64,000 nt of DNA. Origin: Azolla caroliniana. Its lineage: Eukaryota > Plantae > Polypodiophyta. Below the pieces are notes generated by a model. That model did not search any database. It saw only the letters and a list, made by a program, of their open reading frames with translations, and was not told the DNA's origin. Made by a program: the position numbers and the translations under genes. Where the stretch lies: positions 11,222,001 to 11,286,000 of the forward strand of contig JBHGNT010000004.1 in assembly GCA_043228905.1 (NCBI GenBank). Direction: 5' to 3'. Below, one piece after another: positions 11,301 to 25,140 of the stretch (the first letter of the stretch is position 1; every line of letters starts with the position of its first letter).

Positions 11301-14300
11301 GATGAACGTTGTCGTGGTGTGGCGTGTGCATTGTGAGGAAAAGCGAGCTTCCACGCACATCATATAAATTAATATATAAATTAAAATAATAATTATATTT
11401 ATAAAAAACTTGTAGTAGCTTAGTGGTTAAGGCTTATAAATATATAGAGAGAGGTGTAGACTTCGAGTCTCTCTTGCTACAAATAAAGGAGTATTTTGCT
11501 CCCCTTCTATTTTTGTGATAAAGGGAAAAAAAACAAAGAAGCATGCAATGTTAAAATAGGTGCCTCTTTCCTCTATAAGAGGGGAGGAATAGGGCTTAGT
11601 ATGGGGTCTCCCATTTTGTCTTCTAGGGGTGTACCACTAGGGTTTCATCTTCTCCTCTTCTTCTTGGGTTAGGGTTTGGTAGCCTCCCTTTTTCCTTATC
11701 ACTTTCTCTTTTATCCTTGGGTTAGGGTTTTGAGAGCTTCTTCCTACTTTTCTTCTTTTCTCCTCATCATATTAGAGGACTTAGGATTTTAAGGTTTGTG
11801 AGTTTTGCCTCTATTATACTTCTTACTCAAGAGATTTTAGGGTTTGGGTTCCTTATACATCAACTTCTTCGGCATCTCGGTGGTAGCCAACTTGGTGGCT
11901 GGTTGCGGAAGGGAGGTTGTAGTGGCACGAGCGCTACTCCGAATTGAGGCAACATAGCCGTCAGAAGTAGTTGAGCTTGGAGCCCACTAGACTCACCTTC
12001 GCTAGATTATTTTAGGCTTTGATTATTTGATAACCGATCGTTGTAAAAACCACCAAAATCGTGGTGTCAAGCGTAGCAATTCTAAAGAAAACAAAAACCT
12101 GTTTTGATTCATAGCCGTTTTTTATTAATCATGAAACTGATTCTATGTAAGAAAGAAAACCACCGAAATCGTGGTATTAAACCTAACTGTTGTTTAAATC
12201 CTAATTTATATCAAAACTTATGTATATTTCCCCATGTCGTTGTCTTAATCTCCCACTTCCTCACTACTTTTGTCTCCCCGGTCCAAAGGCCCCAGCGGTT
12301 TCGTTCGAGCGACACACACATGTGAAACTTCGTGACAAGGTTACGTAGTACCGTCAACCATCGAATGTATATTTCCCCATGTCGTTGTCTTAATCTCTCA
12401 CTTCTTCACTACTTTTGTCTCCCCGGTCCAAGGCCCCATCGGTTCCGTTCGAGTGACACACACATGTGAAACTTCGTGACAAGGTTACGTAGTACCATCA
12501 ACCATCGAATGTTTCCATATGAGATGGTTCCCATACATTTGAATGTATTACATCCAGGATCCCTTTGCTTGTGTTCCTCTCCTTTGGGAATGGTTGTCGG
12601 TGTTGTTTACTGAATTGACAAGCTTCGCACACGCCTACAATTTCCTTTTCGGTGAAAGTTAGAAGTTCGAAGACGACTCCTTTCAACTGCATTCCTTTGA
12701 GCTTTTGTGGGTTTATGTGACCAATTTTCTTGTGCAACAACTCTGTTGGCGTCGGCTCTCTGGCCCTTGGCATACATTGCCAAGTTCATCTCATGAGAGT
12801 CGAGGATGAACATCCGACCCCTAGCGATGAGTCGACCTTCTTTTTCGATGAAGCATCCTCCATCGTTGAAGCAGACTGCTTGCCTTCTTCCACAAATGGG
12901 ACATTGCCGATATGCTGAATCCCCAAATTTCACATAGCCAGGTCGTTCGGGCTTCCGTAGCTCCTTGAACCAATCCTCGTGGGATGTCATGTGGTTGGAT
13001 GCACCCGAGTCGACGAACCATACATCTTCTGGTTTGGAGGTGTTGGTCGGGTTGGAGGTTGTCATCAAGTTCACTTTGTGTCTCATCACAAACATTCCGC
13101 CACGATTGTCGTAGTCGGAGTTGGAGGCGTGGTTTGTGAGTTGTCGGCTTGTGGAGGTCGACTCACTCTTCTTTTTCCGACACTCTGCCTCATAGTGGCC
13201 GAATTTACCATAGTATCCACACTGGGTGGGATTGTTTTGTCGACTCAGTGTAGCCTGATTGCTCCCCCTTCTTCTGGACGCTCTGCCTCGTGCGTTCGAA
13301 ACGTCTTGTCAGTAATAGAAGTTGTGTTCTCGGGGTTGCTCTTGGTTGTGTCAACCTTGGCCGAATCAGCCTCTTCTTCCCCGACCTTGTCCTCTTCCTC
13401 CATCGAAGTTCTAATAGAGCATTTGTCCTTCTTGCGCATTGCTTCATGTCAAACATGATTCTCCTCGACCATCAACATCGACTGGAGATCGAAGGAGGGA
13501 GGATTATCCCTCGCGAGGAAAACCGACTGAATTGCCCTGAACCGAGGTGGTAAACCTCTGAGGCAAATCTGCACCATTTCATCATCGTCAATCCTAACAT
13601 TGATCGGCCTGAGGGCATCGCATAGCTCCTTGATCTTCAAGGTGTAACTGCCCATTGACATGTCCCTCTGTTGTATACCGTTCAACTCTTGACGGAGTTG
13701 AAGCTTTCTTGCAGCTGTGTTGGCTGCGAAAATCTTCTTGAGGTTCCCCCATGCCTCCTTCGGCGTTTTGGCCTCTCGGATGTAGCCGAGCATGTGATCA
13801 TGGACACATGATGCAAGGTAGTACAATACACGACTCACCGCTTGCTCCCAAGCTGGGTAGTCAACATGTGTTGGGTTGGGTTGATTCTCGTTTGCACCTT
13901 TGACATAACTCCAATAGCCTTGGCCAACAAGGTATTGGTGCATCTTGTACTCCCAAGATGCAAAGTTGTTTCTGTCGAGCTTTTCGGTAGGAAGCGTGCT
14001 TCCCATCGGTGTGTTCATGTTGAGCTTCTTCTTCTTGATGTGAACTGTGCAGATTGCTGCTATAACGATCAGTCGGTTCTTGTCGAACGTGGAATAGGGC
14101 ACAACACACGTAGAGGCGATGAGCTTTGATCATGCAATCACACGCTCTTATACCATGTAAAGAATCAGATGGATTCTGTGTAGCCAGGGAGAGAGAGAGA
14201 GAGGTCACGATTACAAAAAATCAGAAAATTGAATTATAAAGGAAGCAAGAATGACCAACAGTTACAAAGAGTGGGAAAAGGTGCTTATGTAGTCACCTTC

Positions 14301-14488
14301 TCTCTATGTTCTCTCACTAGTACTGCCTCTTGGGAAAGAGGTCATGTCTTAACTACTTAAAGAATATGTGTCATAGGACATTAACTTCTATGACACACTA
14401 CTTACTATACAAGGAGGTGAGGTATTCACACACTTGAGTATCCTAGAGTGTGTTCCCACTCATGGGAAGTTGACTTTGATTCTCAACA
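8342..14488 (-). mobile_element. Nested full-length decayed Ty1/copia element (LTRs 8342-8724 and 14156-14488)
   Basis: TSD TGATC (8337-8341, 14489-14493); PBS TGGTATAAGAGC at 14144-14155. Gag 13449-14102, protease WFVDSGASNHM, integrase 10733-11188, RT/RH 8775-10580. Confidence 0.92.
11310..12337 (+). repeat. Probable solo LTR inserted in a copia integrase; its 3' end is tandemly duplicated to ~12481
   Basis: TGTCG...CGTGACA ends; splits the YYVTFIDD coding motif; imperfect 4-bp TSD (ACGT/AGGT); TATA-like TATAAGA near 11574. Strand is inferred. Confidence 0.65.
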
Positions 14489-16597
14489 TGATCGACGGTA
14501 GCGCACGTGCCAACCCATGCCTATTTCGACTTCATTTTTGAACCTTTGTAAGTGGCCAAACACTTCAGTGTTCTGTTTCATCGGGTATATCCCGGTGTGC
14601 CTGGAGAAGTCGTCGATGAACATGACATAGTATCGGCAACCACCAAATGTTGCCATCTGGACCGGTCCCCACACATTTGAATGTACTACATCCAGGATCC
14701 CTTTGCTCACATTACTCTCTTTCGGGAATGGATGTCGGCGTTGTTTTCTGAATTGGCAAGCCCTGCATACGCTCGTAATCTCCTTCTCAATAAAGTTCGG
14801 GAGTCCGATTACGACTCCTTTTGATTGCATGTTCTGGAGCTTTTGGAGATTGATGTGGCCAATTCTCTCGTGCCACAATTTCAAGTCAGTTTCAACTTGA
14901 GGCCTTTCGCGAACATATCCGATTTCACCTCTTTCGATTCGAGGATGAACATTCGGCCTTCTCGACGACCGTGAGCTATGAATTGATTGTCTTTTTCAAT
15001 GAAGCACTCTTCATTATTGAGTTGTACTTGCATACCTTGTTCGACAATTTGGCCGACTGATGGTTGGGACATGCAAGTTGCTTTTGAGATAGGTTTGTTT
15101 GCCATCGTTCCCGAATGGGATGTTTCCGATATGCCGAATCGAGTGAGTTGTGTCATCTCTGGTTTCAACATAGCCTAGCTGATCGGGCTTTCATAATTCT
15201 AGGAACCAATCTTCGTGGGACACCATATGATTGGATGCTCACGAGTCGACAAACCATATGTTGTCTAAAGAAGGGGTGGTAGTCGAAGATTGTGTTGACA
15301 TCGAATGTGCTTTGTGCCTCATCATAAACATTCATCCTCGATCGTCGTAGTCGGAATTTCACGCGTAGTTAGTGAGTTGTTAGCTAGTCGAAGCCGAGTT
15401 TTTTTTTTTTTTTTCAGCACTCATCTTCATAGTGGCCGAGTTTTCCAGAGTACCCGCATTCGATCGGGTTGTTACGATTGCTCAATCAGGCAAGATAGCT
15501 CCCCCTTCTGCCGAACTCTCTGGCATTGCTCCTATTGTCTTGCCACTGGTGAGAGTTGCATTCTCGGGTCGACTGTTGCCTTCAGCCAAATCGACCCCTA
15601 TTTCTTTGGCCAAATCCTCTTCTATCATCCGATTGTGAGTAGAGCATTGACCATCTGATGCATTGCTCCTTTGTCGGGCATGGTTTTCTTCAACCAATAA
15701 TATTGATTGAAGGTGGAAAAAGGAAGGTGGGTTCTTCCTTGTGAGAATGGCCAATCTGATCGTGGTGCTAAGTTGCTGAGGCATATTTGCACCATTTTGT
15801 CATCATCGATGATGACATTGATCGATCTGAGGGCATCACACAACTCCTAGATCTTCAAGGTATAGTCGGTGATCGACATATCCCTATGTTGCATGTTTTT
15901 TAGCTCCTGTCAAAGTTGGAGCTTTCTGCAACCATATTGGCTGCAAAAATCTTCTTGAGGTTTCCCCAAGTTTCTTTCGGCATTTTTGAATCTCGAATAT
16001 AGCCGAGCATATGGTCATGAATGCATGACGCAAGCCAATACAACACATGGCTCGCGGCCTGCACCCACGCTAGGTAGTCGCCATGTGTCGAGTTGGGTTG
16101 CGTTTCGTGAGCTCCCCCGATGTAGCTCCAATAACCTTGTCCGACAAGGTATTGATGCATCTTCTACTCCCAAAATGTAAAGTTTGTTCTATCGAGCTTC
16201 TCGGTGGAAAGAGAGCTTCCCATTTGAGTGTTCATTGTCGAACTTCTTCTACTCTTGATGCGAACTGTGCAGATCATTGCTACACCGATCAGTCGGTTCT
16301 CTCTGAATACGAGCCTGAGCACATTGCACGTAAAGGCGATGGGCTTGGATCAAGTTACTACGCGCTCTAATACCATGTCAAGAATAAAAGTTGTGGGTGG
16401 TGCAACAGAAACGAACTCTGTGTATGTGTGAGTGCAGTAGGACAAGAGAGAGAGAGAGAGCTCTAAACAAGAAAAGTGTATGTTACATGCAACAATAACT
16501 AAGTTACAAAGGGTTGGTTTAAATAACTAGCCTAGTATGTTGTCCACTGGTTAGTGTGAACATTATCTCTATGGGAAGTTGAGTTCGATTCTCAACA

Positions 16598-16770
16598 TTC
16601 TTCCTCGCCTCCTCCGTTCTCGCCATCACCTGCGCCATGTCCTCCAGTCTTCACTCTAGCTATCGGATCCACGCCGCCAACAACTCCTCTCTGCTCATGT
16701 CCTCTACCCAATCGACCACCATCCAAGAAGAGATCGTCCGCTCCAGCGGCATGATCGACATCTGTTGTTG
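16598..16770 (-). mobile_element. Continuation of the gypsy integrase split by the 5419-16597 copia
   Basis: Minus translation RLEDMAQVMARTEEARK joins KNKGRFD at 5418 and matches RRPEDVERATARVKEVRNQNKARFD of the copy at 34389-34613. Confidence 0.75.
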
Positions 16771-19181
16771 TAGGTTTTAGGGTTAGGGTTAATGCTAATG
16801 ATGATTGGTGATGGAGACGGTGTGTTTGATGAGGATGATGAGCGTTATGGGATTGATGATGAGAGAGACGACAAGCATTGAGAAGCATTGTGGGGTGGGG
16901 GGTGGTGCCTAGGATGGCTCCACCCCCCTCCCAAGGGGGTTCAACATTAAGGGGGAGGGAAGAGAGAGAGAAATGACAAGAGAGTGATTGAGAGAGAAAA
17001 TGATCATTCTTCATTCATTCCCCATAAGGGGTTAAATAGGTACAAAAGGGTAGATACACAAGGGTGCAAGCCCCCTTGGCATTCACACCTAGTCACTCAC
17101 TCACACCTCTTTGTATCTACCACACTCACACTTACATTCACACTCATAATCGTATAAAATCACACATACATATCCACACATTACATCTTTCACCCTCACT
17201 TATCACACTTATCAATCACCCGTACATCTCGTACAGTAACACAATATGGCACGTGGGAGAGTGCCTTGCACGTCGATCCGACATGCCTTGATCATAATCT
17301 TTCTTCGACCGGAACTTCCATCGGTCGTCTCTGTGAAACTGTTTTTAGAATTCAAGCCATTGGACACTAAAAGAATATAAGGTATGGAGGATTCACATTT
17401 GGAGGACAAGGACATGAACTAACATCTCGTGGATAAGTCCAAATAAAAGCAATAAAGATGGAGAAAAGTTAAAAAGAGAAAAAGCAGACCACCAAAACGC
17501 AGTCAGAAACAAATGCTCATAACTCTCTCGTTTGACACCCAAATATCACGTGTAAATATGGGTTAGAAATCTTATGACGAGAGCTATCCGTAGCTTTTTA
17601 AAACTCTAAATTTGGAGCATGGATGAGGGAGATATGACGATTAGAAGATCATTGTGTCATAGCTAAGAATAGGAGATGGAAAAGCTCTAAAAAAAGCGTG
17701 GAAAAGAAAGCAAGCGAAACTTATCTACTAGAGGAGAACTTCATATAAAGCAAGAAGAGTGAGGTGGTGAGGAAGAGCTTTTTTCTTGTGGGGTTTTTCT
17801 TGCCTATTCATGTAGTGCGTTTTTCTAGTGATCAATTCATCCTTGTAGGCTTGAGTTTATGTATCTTCTTTCTCTTGTTTCTATGATCATCACTCCTTAT
17901 TAATATATCTTTGTAGATTTGGGTTTCTATATCATCCTTCTCTCTCTTTTCTATCATCATCTCTCTTTTCAGTCTCAATGATCGACTCCCTCAATCGGAC
18001 CGCTTGACTCGAACATCATTGTCGGTCAGTGAATCTTCATCGACACGAACATTCCCATTCTGTCGGTTCACGAACTTCAGTAACATCATTCGGATCATCA
18101 AAAAAATGTTGTATGTATGCGTGTTCTTCTTTGAGTTGTTTGTGAGTTGTGAGTATATCTCGTCCATTGATGAGTTTTCGAAAATTTTCGTTGGTGCCTT
18201 TCGGTTTTGAAAATTCTAGTATGTACTCTCATGTTTTTAAAAAAATTTCCAATGCCCTTAGGTTTTTTCAAAATTCCTTGGATGCTTTTTATCCTTCTCT
18301 TTTCTCCCACTCTTTTTTTCAGTTTCATTTTGTTAGGGCGTTTCTTATGTCTCCTCCTCTCACACTCTTGCCTCTCTGCAAACCCTAATTTTTCTACTCA
18401 ATCTTTCTGTGAAACAATTTTGTCATCTTCATTCTTCTTTAGCCATGGCTTCTTTCTGTTTGTTTTTTTCTCGTTGCCGTCATTGTCCAGCCATTCCGGC
18501 CGCTCTTCAGCAGTTTTCTAGCCATTCCGACCGCTCTCCGGCCGCTCCGGTTGCTCCTATCCGGTCACTCTCCGGCCTATCCTATCGCTCGAACTGTTGT
18601 CCGGCCGTCTCCATCTTCATCGTTGTCTGGCCCTCGGTGGCTCGGCTGCTCCAACCTTTGTTTGGCTATTCCGACTGATTCTGTTGCTTTTCGGCCACTG
18701 TCGGTCACTCCTACTACTTCGTCTATTGTCCGACCACTTTGACCGCTCTTCGTTTTCCGATCCGGTAGTCCTATCCGACCCGTTTTGATGTCTCTGTCGC
18801 TGTTGCTCGTCCATCTCTGTCCGGGCCTTTCTCTTCTTCCATGAATTCTTCTTTCTCTTCCTTCTCTGTTCATCAACGACTACATCTCCTTCCGCTTCTT
18901 CTTCTTCTTCTTCTTCTTCTTCTTCTTCTTCTTCTTCTTCTATGCATTTCTCTTCTCTCATCTTCTTATTTTCTGCATGTCTGCATCTTTCTTCTCTGCG
19001 TTGTCTTTGTTTTGGTTGTCGTGGTTGGTCGTCTGTCCAGCCCATCTGGCCACTCTAGCCACTATTCGACTCTATAGACCGAAAGGTCTAAAACCAAGAA
19101 GTGAGTGCTATGGTTCTCGACAAAACTATTGAATGGAGGGTAAATACCAAAAGAAAGGAAAGGAGAAATGTGTAAGAGTAG

Positions 19182-19240
<59 letters not shown>
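16771..19240. other. Unresolved non-coding TE-like sequence (LTR/UTR remnants, microsatellites)
   Basis: No credible ORF. (CTT)n at ~18895-18940, (GA)n at ~19186-19240, CT-rich tracts; boundaries not defined. Confidence 0.35.
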
Positions 19241-19244
<4 letters not shown>

Positions 19245-19312
19245 GAGACAACTTAGATTAAGGAAGGCCTTATTACAAACTAGTTTCGCTCATACAAGCT
19301 CATCAAACATCT

Positions 19313-22300
19313 TTGGTACAACCTCCCGAAGACTACACCATGCCGTACCAGTATCCAAAGTATTGTGATGACCCTGCTGCGGAGGCGCATGTCTATGCGT
19401 TCCTACAAACATGGGAAGCGAACCATGTATCCCAAAGGCTGACCGAACCGGAAGCCGAACGGTCAAAAATTGCCGAATTCGGCATGACATTAGAGGGACC
19501 GACGGCCTGCTGGCACACAAAGCACCTACCCGGAAGCTTTGCCACATTTGAGGCCTTGAAAACAAAATTCCTCCGACTATTCCATAGGCAAGTGGAACAA
19601 TGCGAACTAGTCGGACAATTTTACACAACCCGTCAAGAGGAGCAGGAGACCGTGCCCCAATTTATCATCCAGTTTCAAACACTACACAACCAGTTAACAA
19701 GGGCACCTTCGGAGGAGGAGGTGAAAGCGGTGTTCTGGCCGCTTTACAGGAACCCCTCTGAACGATGTGTAGAGTACTAGATTTCCAAGCCAGCACAATG
19801 GATCAAGTCATCGATCGGGTGCTAGAACTGGATAAACATAACTCCATGATGACGATGGGAGCCTTGCAGAAGGCCCTTCCAAATCAGGAGGATCTCAGGT
19901 TTTGTCAGGCGTTGCAATGCACAACGTGTCTAAACCTAGGCCATTCGTCGGTAGACTACACAATGAGGATGCAATGTATGATCTGCCACTCACGGGCACA
20001 CACAACGGACCGATGAGAGTACAACCTGCTCAACTGACCAGTGGCACCGGTGAGGATCATTGAACCACGTAGCAGTCACGAACCGGACGACGAATGGTTC
20101 CGGTGGGAGGATTGATACAGACCAGAATGGGGGGATCGGTACAATGAGAGAAGACGCGACGACTATGGGCCACAATCAAGATCAATATGAACAGGACTAC
20201 TCGCCGGATTACGACCGGCGAAGGGATGCTTATGACCGGGACCAGTATGATAGGAACCAAGATTATAACGGTGACCGGTATGATCACGACTACTCTCCCA
20301 ACTACAACCAGAGGAGGGAGGACCAACGAGCAAACTACAAAGACTAGCACCGGCAGGGTTACAAGAATAGACGGTTTCTTAAGAAACGGAACTTTCGGAA
20401 AGAGGATCGTCGGGAGCTGACAAAGGAGTATCAACAAGAGCCAGATAGAGGCATAAGTGGCGCCCAACTGGAACAAAGAAGAATAGAAGAACCTAACTGA
20501 GCGGTAACCGCATTTCAACATGGTACCGAAACAAAAGTAGAATCTAGCAATACCCGGAAGGCGTATTGCTACTATTGTTGACAAGAGGGCCATTACAACA
20601 ACCAATGCCCAATTAAAAGGAATGAAAAACGGCCGACAATCAATATGGTGATAGCAGAAGTCGCGGATATACAACAAATCACCACCAGATCCAAAGGAAA
20701 GACGACGGAGTGGGAAGCACAGGAAGCCATCCGGAAACAGGCCACCAAATGAATTGAGAAGGTGAATAAGCAGAACGTGGCTGAAGTCAAACAACAAAAG
20801 GAGACACCGGTAGAGCTCACCAACACAATACAGTTGGAGAACCCAATGTGACAAGTGCTACAGGAATGTCAAATTACGTTGCCATTAGGCCGGCTATTGC
20901 AATTAGTACCACAGTTTACGGATGGGCTGAAATCGGCAGATACGAGTTCGGTAAGACCCACCGGTTTAATACGGGATTTGGAGGTAACAATTGGAGGACA
21001 TGCATTCCACATTTCTGTGATAGTTCTCCAGTTAAATGCTCAAGGGGCTTATCCACTATTACTTGGACGACTATGGTTGAGGACGTCGCACATTAAACAA
21101 AATTGGTGGAAGAACATGATTACGTTCTGACGCGGTAAAACCAAAGTACGGGTACCGACACATCCACAAATGGGAACCGGCAAAGAGCTAACGTTGTTAT
21201 ATGCTAAAAGTGTAAACATGTTGGAAGGGCTCACCGACGAGGAAGTCGATCGATATCTCAAGGAGAATCCGAAAATCGTGCCGTTGTTCGAAATAGATGT
21301 GGCCAAAGCAGTCTCCCCGTATATTGTACAAACAGAAGATGCCGGAGAGGAACTGGCTAGAGATGCCATCAGAGAACTGCGTCAAGCACAAGAGGCCCTG
21401 GAACAGGAGATGGTGGTATCCTAGTGGGTGAAGGTGTCCCAGCTCGAAGAAGTAAACTTGGGAACCGGAGAGGAAGCACGACTAGTGCATATTGCCAAAG
21501 AGATGTCATTGGAAAACAAGACGACAATGATTACATTATTAAAAGAATTCTGAGACGTATTTGCTTGGTCCTATGAGGATATGCGAGGGCTGGATCCTCA
21601 GCTATATCACCATCATATACATCTCAACAAGGATGCCAAACCAGTAGCACAAAGACACTATCGAATGAACCCAAACTATGCGGCAAGGGTAAAAGAGGAG
21701 AGCGACAAATTACTCCGAGTCGGATTTATCCGGCCGGTGAAGAAAGCTACTTGGTTGAGTCCAATAGTCGTCGTGCCGAAGAAGAATGGTAAGACCTGGG
21801 TTTGCTTCGATTACCGGAAACTGAATGCCGCGACGGTTACCAATGCCTTCCCACTTCCATTTACAGATGGAGTTTTGGACGTGGTAACCGGTCAAGAGGT
21901 TTATAGCTTCCTCGACGGTTTCAGCAGATACAATCAAATAAGGATGCACCCCGATGACCAAGAAAAGACGACGTTCGTCACCAAATGGGGAGTCTTTGTA
22001 GCAGTAGTAATGATGTTCGGACTCAAGACGGCGCCGACTACCTTTCAACGGATAATCATGGAGACATTTGGAGAATTCATCCCAACGTTTTTGGACAATG
22101 ATGATGCTTGGACTCAAGAAGGCGCCGGCTACCTTTCAACGGATAATCATGGAGACATTTGGAGAATTCAAGACATTTATGTAGGTGTTCCTGGATGACT
22201 TCGCGGTGTATAGCCAACAAGGGGAACATCTCGACCATCTCCGGTTATGCCTAGAAAAATGCAGGGGTTACCGGTTAAGCTTGAACCCAACAAAGTGTGT

Positions 22301-25140
22301 GTTTGGGGTGACCAGTGGAACGCTACTTGGTCATATTGTTAGCAAGGACGAGATAGCCATAGCCCCGGATAAGATCAAAGCAATTTTGGAGGCACCGGCA
22401 CCAATGACGGCCAAAGCATTGAGTAGATTCTTAGGGCAGATTCGGTGGCATAGCCGGATGCTGAGATACTTGGCAAACCTGGCAACGCCATTACACGCAG
22501 CCGTCCACCGAACACCGTTTAAATGGATAGAGGAAGAAGACACGGCCTACCGGGCGCTCCAAGTAATGTTATCACAAGCACCAATAGTACAACCCTTGGC
22601 CTGGTCCAAAGAATTCCATGTGTTCGTTGACGTGTCAGACATAGCAATCGGCAATGCACTCATGCAATTGACCGAACCCAAGTGGTACCGGCCGGTATAC
22701 TACGCGAGCTGAAAACTGACACAGGCGGAGTGAAATTACTCCACGACGGAAAGAGAGGCCTTAGGGATGATTTAAAGTGTCACAAAGTTCCGACACTATT
22801 TGTTGGGCCGAAAATTTTCATTTCACGTAGACCATTCAACACTATTATATTTGGTCTCTAAGGCATCCCTCATCGGCAAGTTGGCCCGGTGGACATTGTT
22901 ACTACAGGAATTCGAGTTCAAAATTTATCACCGAACGGGGATGCAACATGTGGTTGCCGACTATTTGAGCCGGTTAGAATCCGGAGAGACCGGTGATGGT
23001 GTGCCAAATGAGTTTCCGGATGCCAAATTGTTTAAAATAACAGCGGAAACCACGACGGATAGTACAGTTGGGGACGAGGACAAATGGCTAACAAACATGC
23101 ATCAGTTTTTAAGCATGGAACTACCTCCGGAAGAGATGAACCGGGATGAGTGGAAACGATTGGCGGTCCAGAGCCGACCCTTTTATTTATTACAGGATAC
23201 ACTATACCACAAAGGAGCGGATGGCATATGGTGGTGAGTGGTTCAGAGCGATGAAAAAGACACCATATTACGAGAAGCGCATTGCGGAGTCGCTGGAGGG
23301 CACTATGCTGGTGAAGCGACAACAAGGAAGATATGGCGCAGTGGGCTATGGTGGCCAACGACACTAAAAGGATACGAAGGAATGTGACTTGTGTCAAAGG
23401 ATGGGCCAAATGACAGAACAGGTGCGGATGCCTCACCAACCGGTAATACCCTTGGAACCATTTCAGAAATGGGGGTTGGACTTCGTCAGACCATTCAAGC
23501 CGCCGGCAATGCGAACCGGCAATAGATACATCATTGTCGCCACAGACTATTGCACCAAGTGGGTAGAAGGAAAGGCTTTGCGAGATAATACCGTGACATC
23601 GACGACGAAGTTCCTGTACGAATATATTTGGTGCCGGTATGGATGTCCAATCAAATTGATCAGCGACCAAGGTGGACACTTCCTCGGCCAAGTAGTGGAG
23701 AGCCTAACAACGTTCTATGTGGTAGTCTGCAAGCGCAACACTTCGTACTACTGACAGGCCAATGGACTGGCTGAATCCACCAACAAAATGCTATAGAACA
23801 TCCTTCGGAAGATCTTCAACGAGAACCAGACGGATTGGGACACGAAGTTGCACAATGCGTTATGGGCTTACCAGACGGCATACAAAAGAAGTATCCGGAC
23901 AACACCATTCCGGTTAGCGTTCTGGCTAGAAGCAGTGATGCCGAATGGAATTTCAAGTTCCAAGCTTACAGATACAGGTTCGGGAGTGACTGAGTGAAAA
24001 GGAATCGGAGAAAATCCGGCTAGCAGCACTATGCGAGCTGGAAGAGCACCGGATAGTGAGCATCATGCAGATGGAACTTGAGCAGTGGCAGAGGAAAGCA
24101 TTCGTGAACCGTCACCGGAAGGGCAATGAGAAACTGTTTGGAATCGGCAAACCGGTGCTTGTATTCCAGACCTGAATGGGTAACATACCGAGAAGCTGCG
24201 ATTCCGGTGGACCAGACCATATTGGATCACGCGGGAGTTCAAGGGTTCATACCAGCTAGGAACGCTTGCCGGCGAAATGTTGGACAAGTGGGTAAATGGG
24301 TTTCGGCTTAAACCCTATTACGGACCTATGCCACAAAACCCGTTCCATCAACCGGAGGCCAACGTGGAAATAGGTGGCGGCAAGCACGTAACCGGCTAGC
24401 ATGAGGAGGAACAACCACGAGATCCGGTGTTATTGGACAACCGGAACTAACGTAGATATTTAAAAAAAAAAAAAAACAAAGTCATCATGCAGAGGTGAGG
24501 AATGAATGAACACCTTGAAAAGGTGTGTAGTGGCTATTTAAAGCCTAGTTAAAGTGCACTGCGTGTCATACAGTGTTATTATAGTACACGACGTGCATGC
24601 GCGGGAATCGAGGAAGGAGCCAAGCATGGGAACAAGAAACCCCTACCTCGTAGAGTCTCTTTCATTTCATGAACACAGAGCACTGAGCGCACAAAGGACA
24701 ATACAAGTGAGCAGACGAACGCAAGAAGCACAGACAAACAAATCGGCCCTACCTACCCCCGCAGAACCAGAAGATGAGATGGAACCTATGGCACTTTCCG
24801 AAACAGCCAAAAGTGGTTCAACCAACATGGGCTGGGAGGCTTCCTGAGGATAGCAGAGGCACCGCCGCACGACGAAGCAGAAGAAGTTGTGCAGAAAATC
24901 GACACGGAAGTCATAACGGAGGAAGCCATCTGCGCACTAATTGGACTACTGGAAGGGGGGTATCTACTCGATCGAGAACCCTTCTCCCAAAACACTAACC
25001 AAATTTTCTAGCGAGTATTCCCTCGCTAGTAAGGCTCATCGGACACAGGGCCGCGAGGACCCCCTATTCAGAGAAGTGGCTTGTGTCCTCCACGAGTATG
25101 GGTTCGTGTACCCCCGACCCCCGGCAATGCCAAAGAACAA
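19313..25140 (+). mobile_element. Decayed non-chromovirus Ty3/gypsy gag-pol followed by the start of an extra 3' ORF
   Basis: Gag with Zn knuckles, protease LLLGR, RT (WLSPIVVVPKK, FLDGFSRYNQI, FLDDF), RNase H, integrase (KWGLDFV, ISDQG). Many stops and frameshifts; no LTR identified. Confidence 0.88.

Larger units (their letters stand above)
5419..16597 (-). mobile_element. Full-length decayed Ty1/copia element (LTRs 5419-5752 and 16376-16597), hosting further insertions
   Basis: Homologous TG..CA LTRs; TSD TTCTT (5414-5418, 16598-16602); iMet-type PBS TGGTATTAGAGC at 16364-16375. Gag, PR, IN, RT and RH fragments at 14489-16250 and 5900-8341. Confidence 0.9.

Noticed and set aside
11411-11481. 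Functional tRNA gene
   Set aside because: No credible anticodon arm; kept only as a tRNA-like relic.
11637-11850. TTAGGGTTT telomere-like motifs (also ~16772-16790)
   Set aside because: Scattered telo-box-like words common in plant LTRs and UTRs; not a telomeric array.
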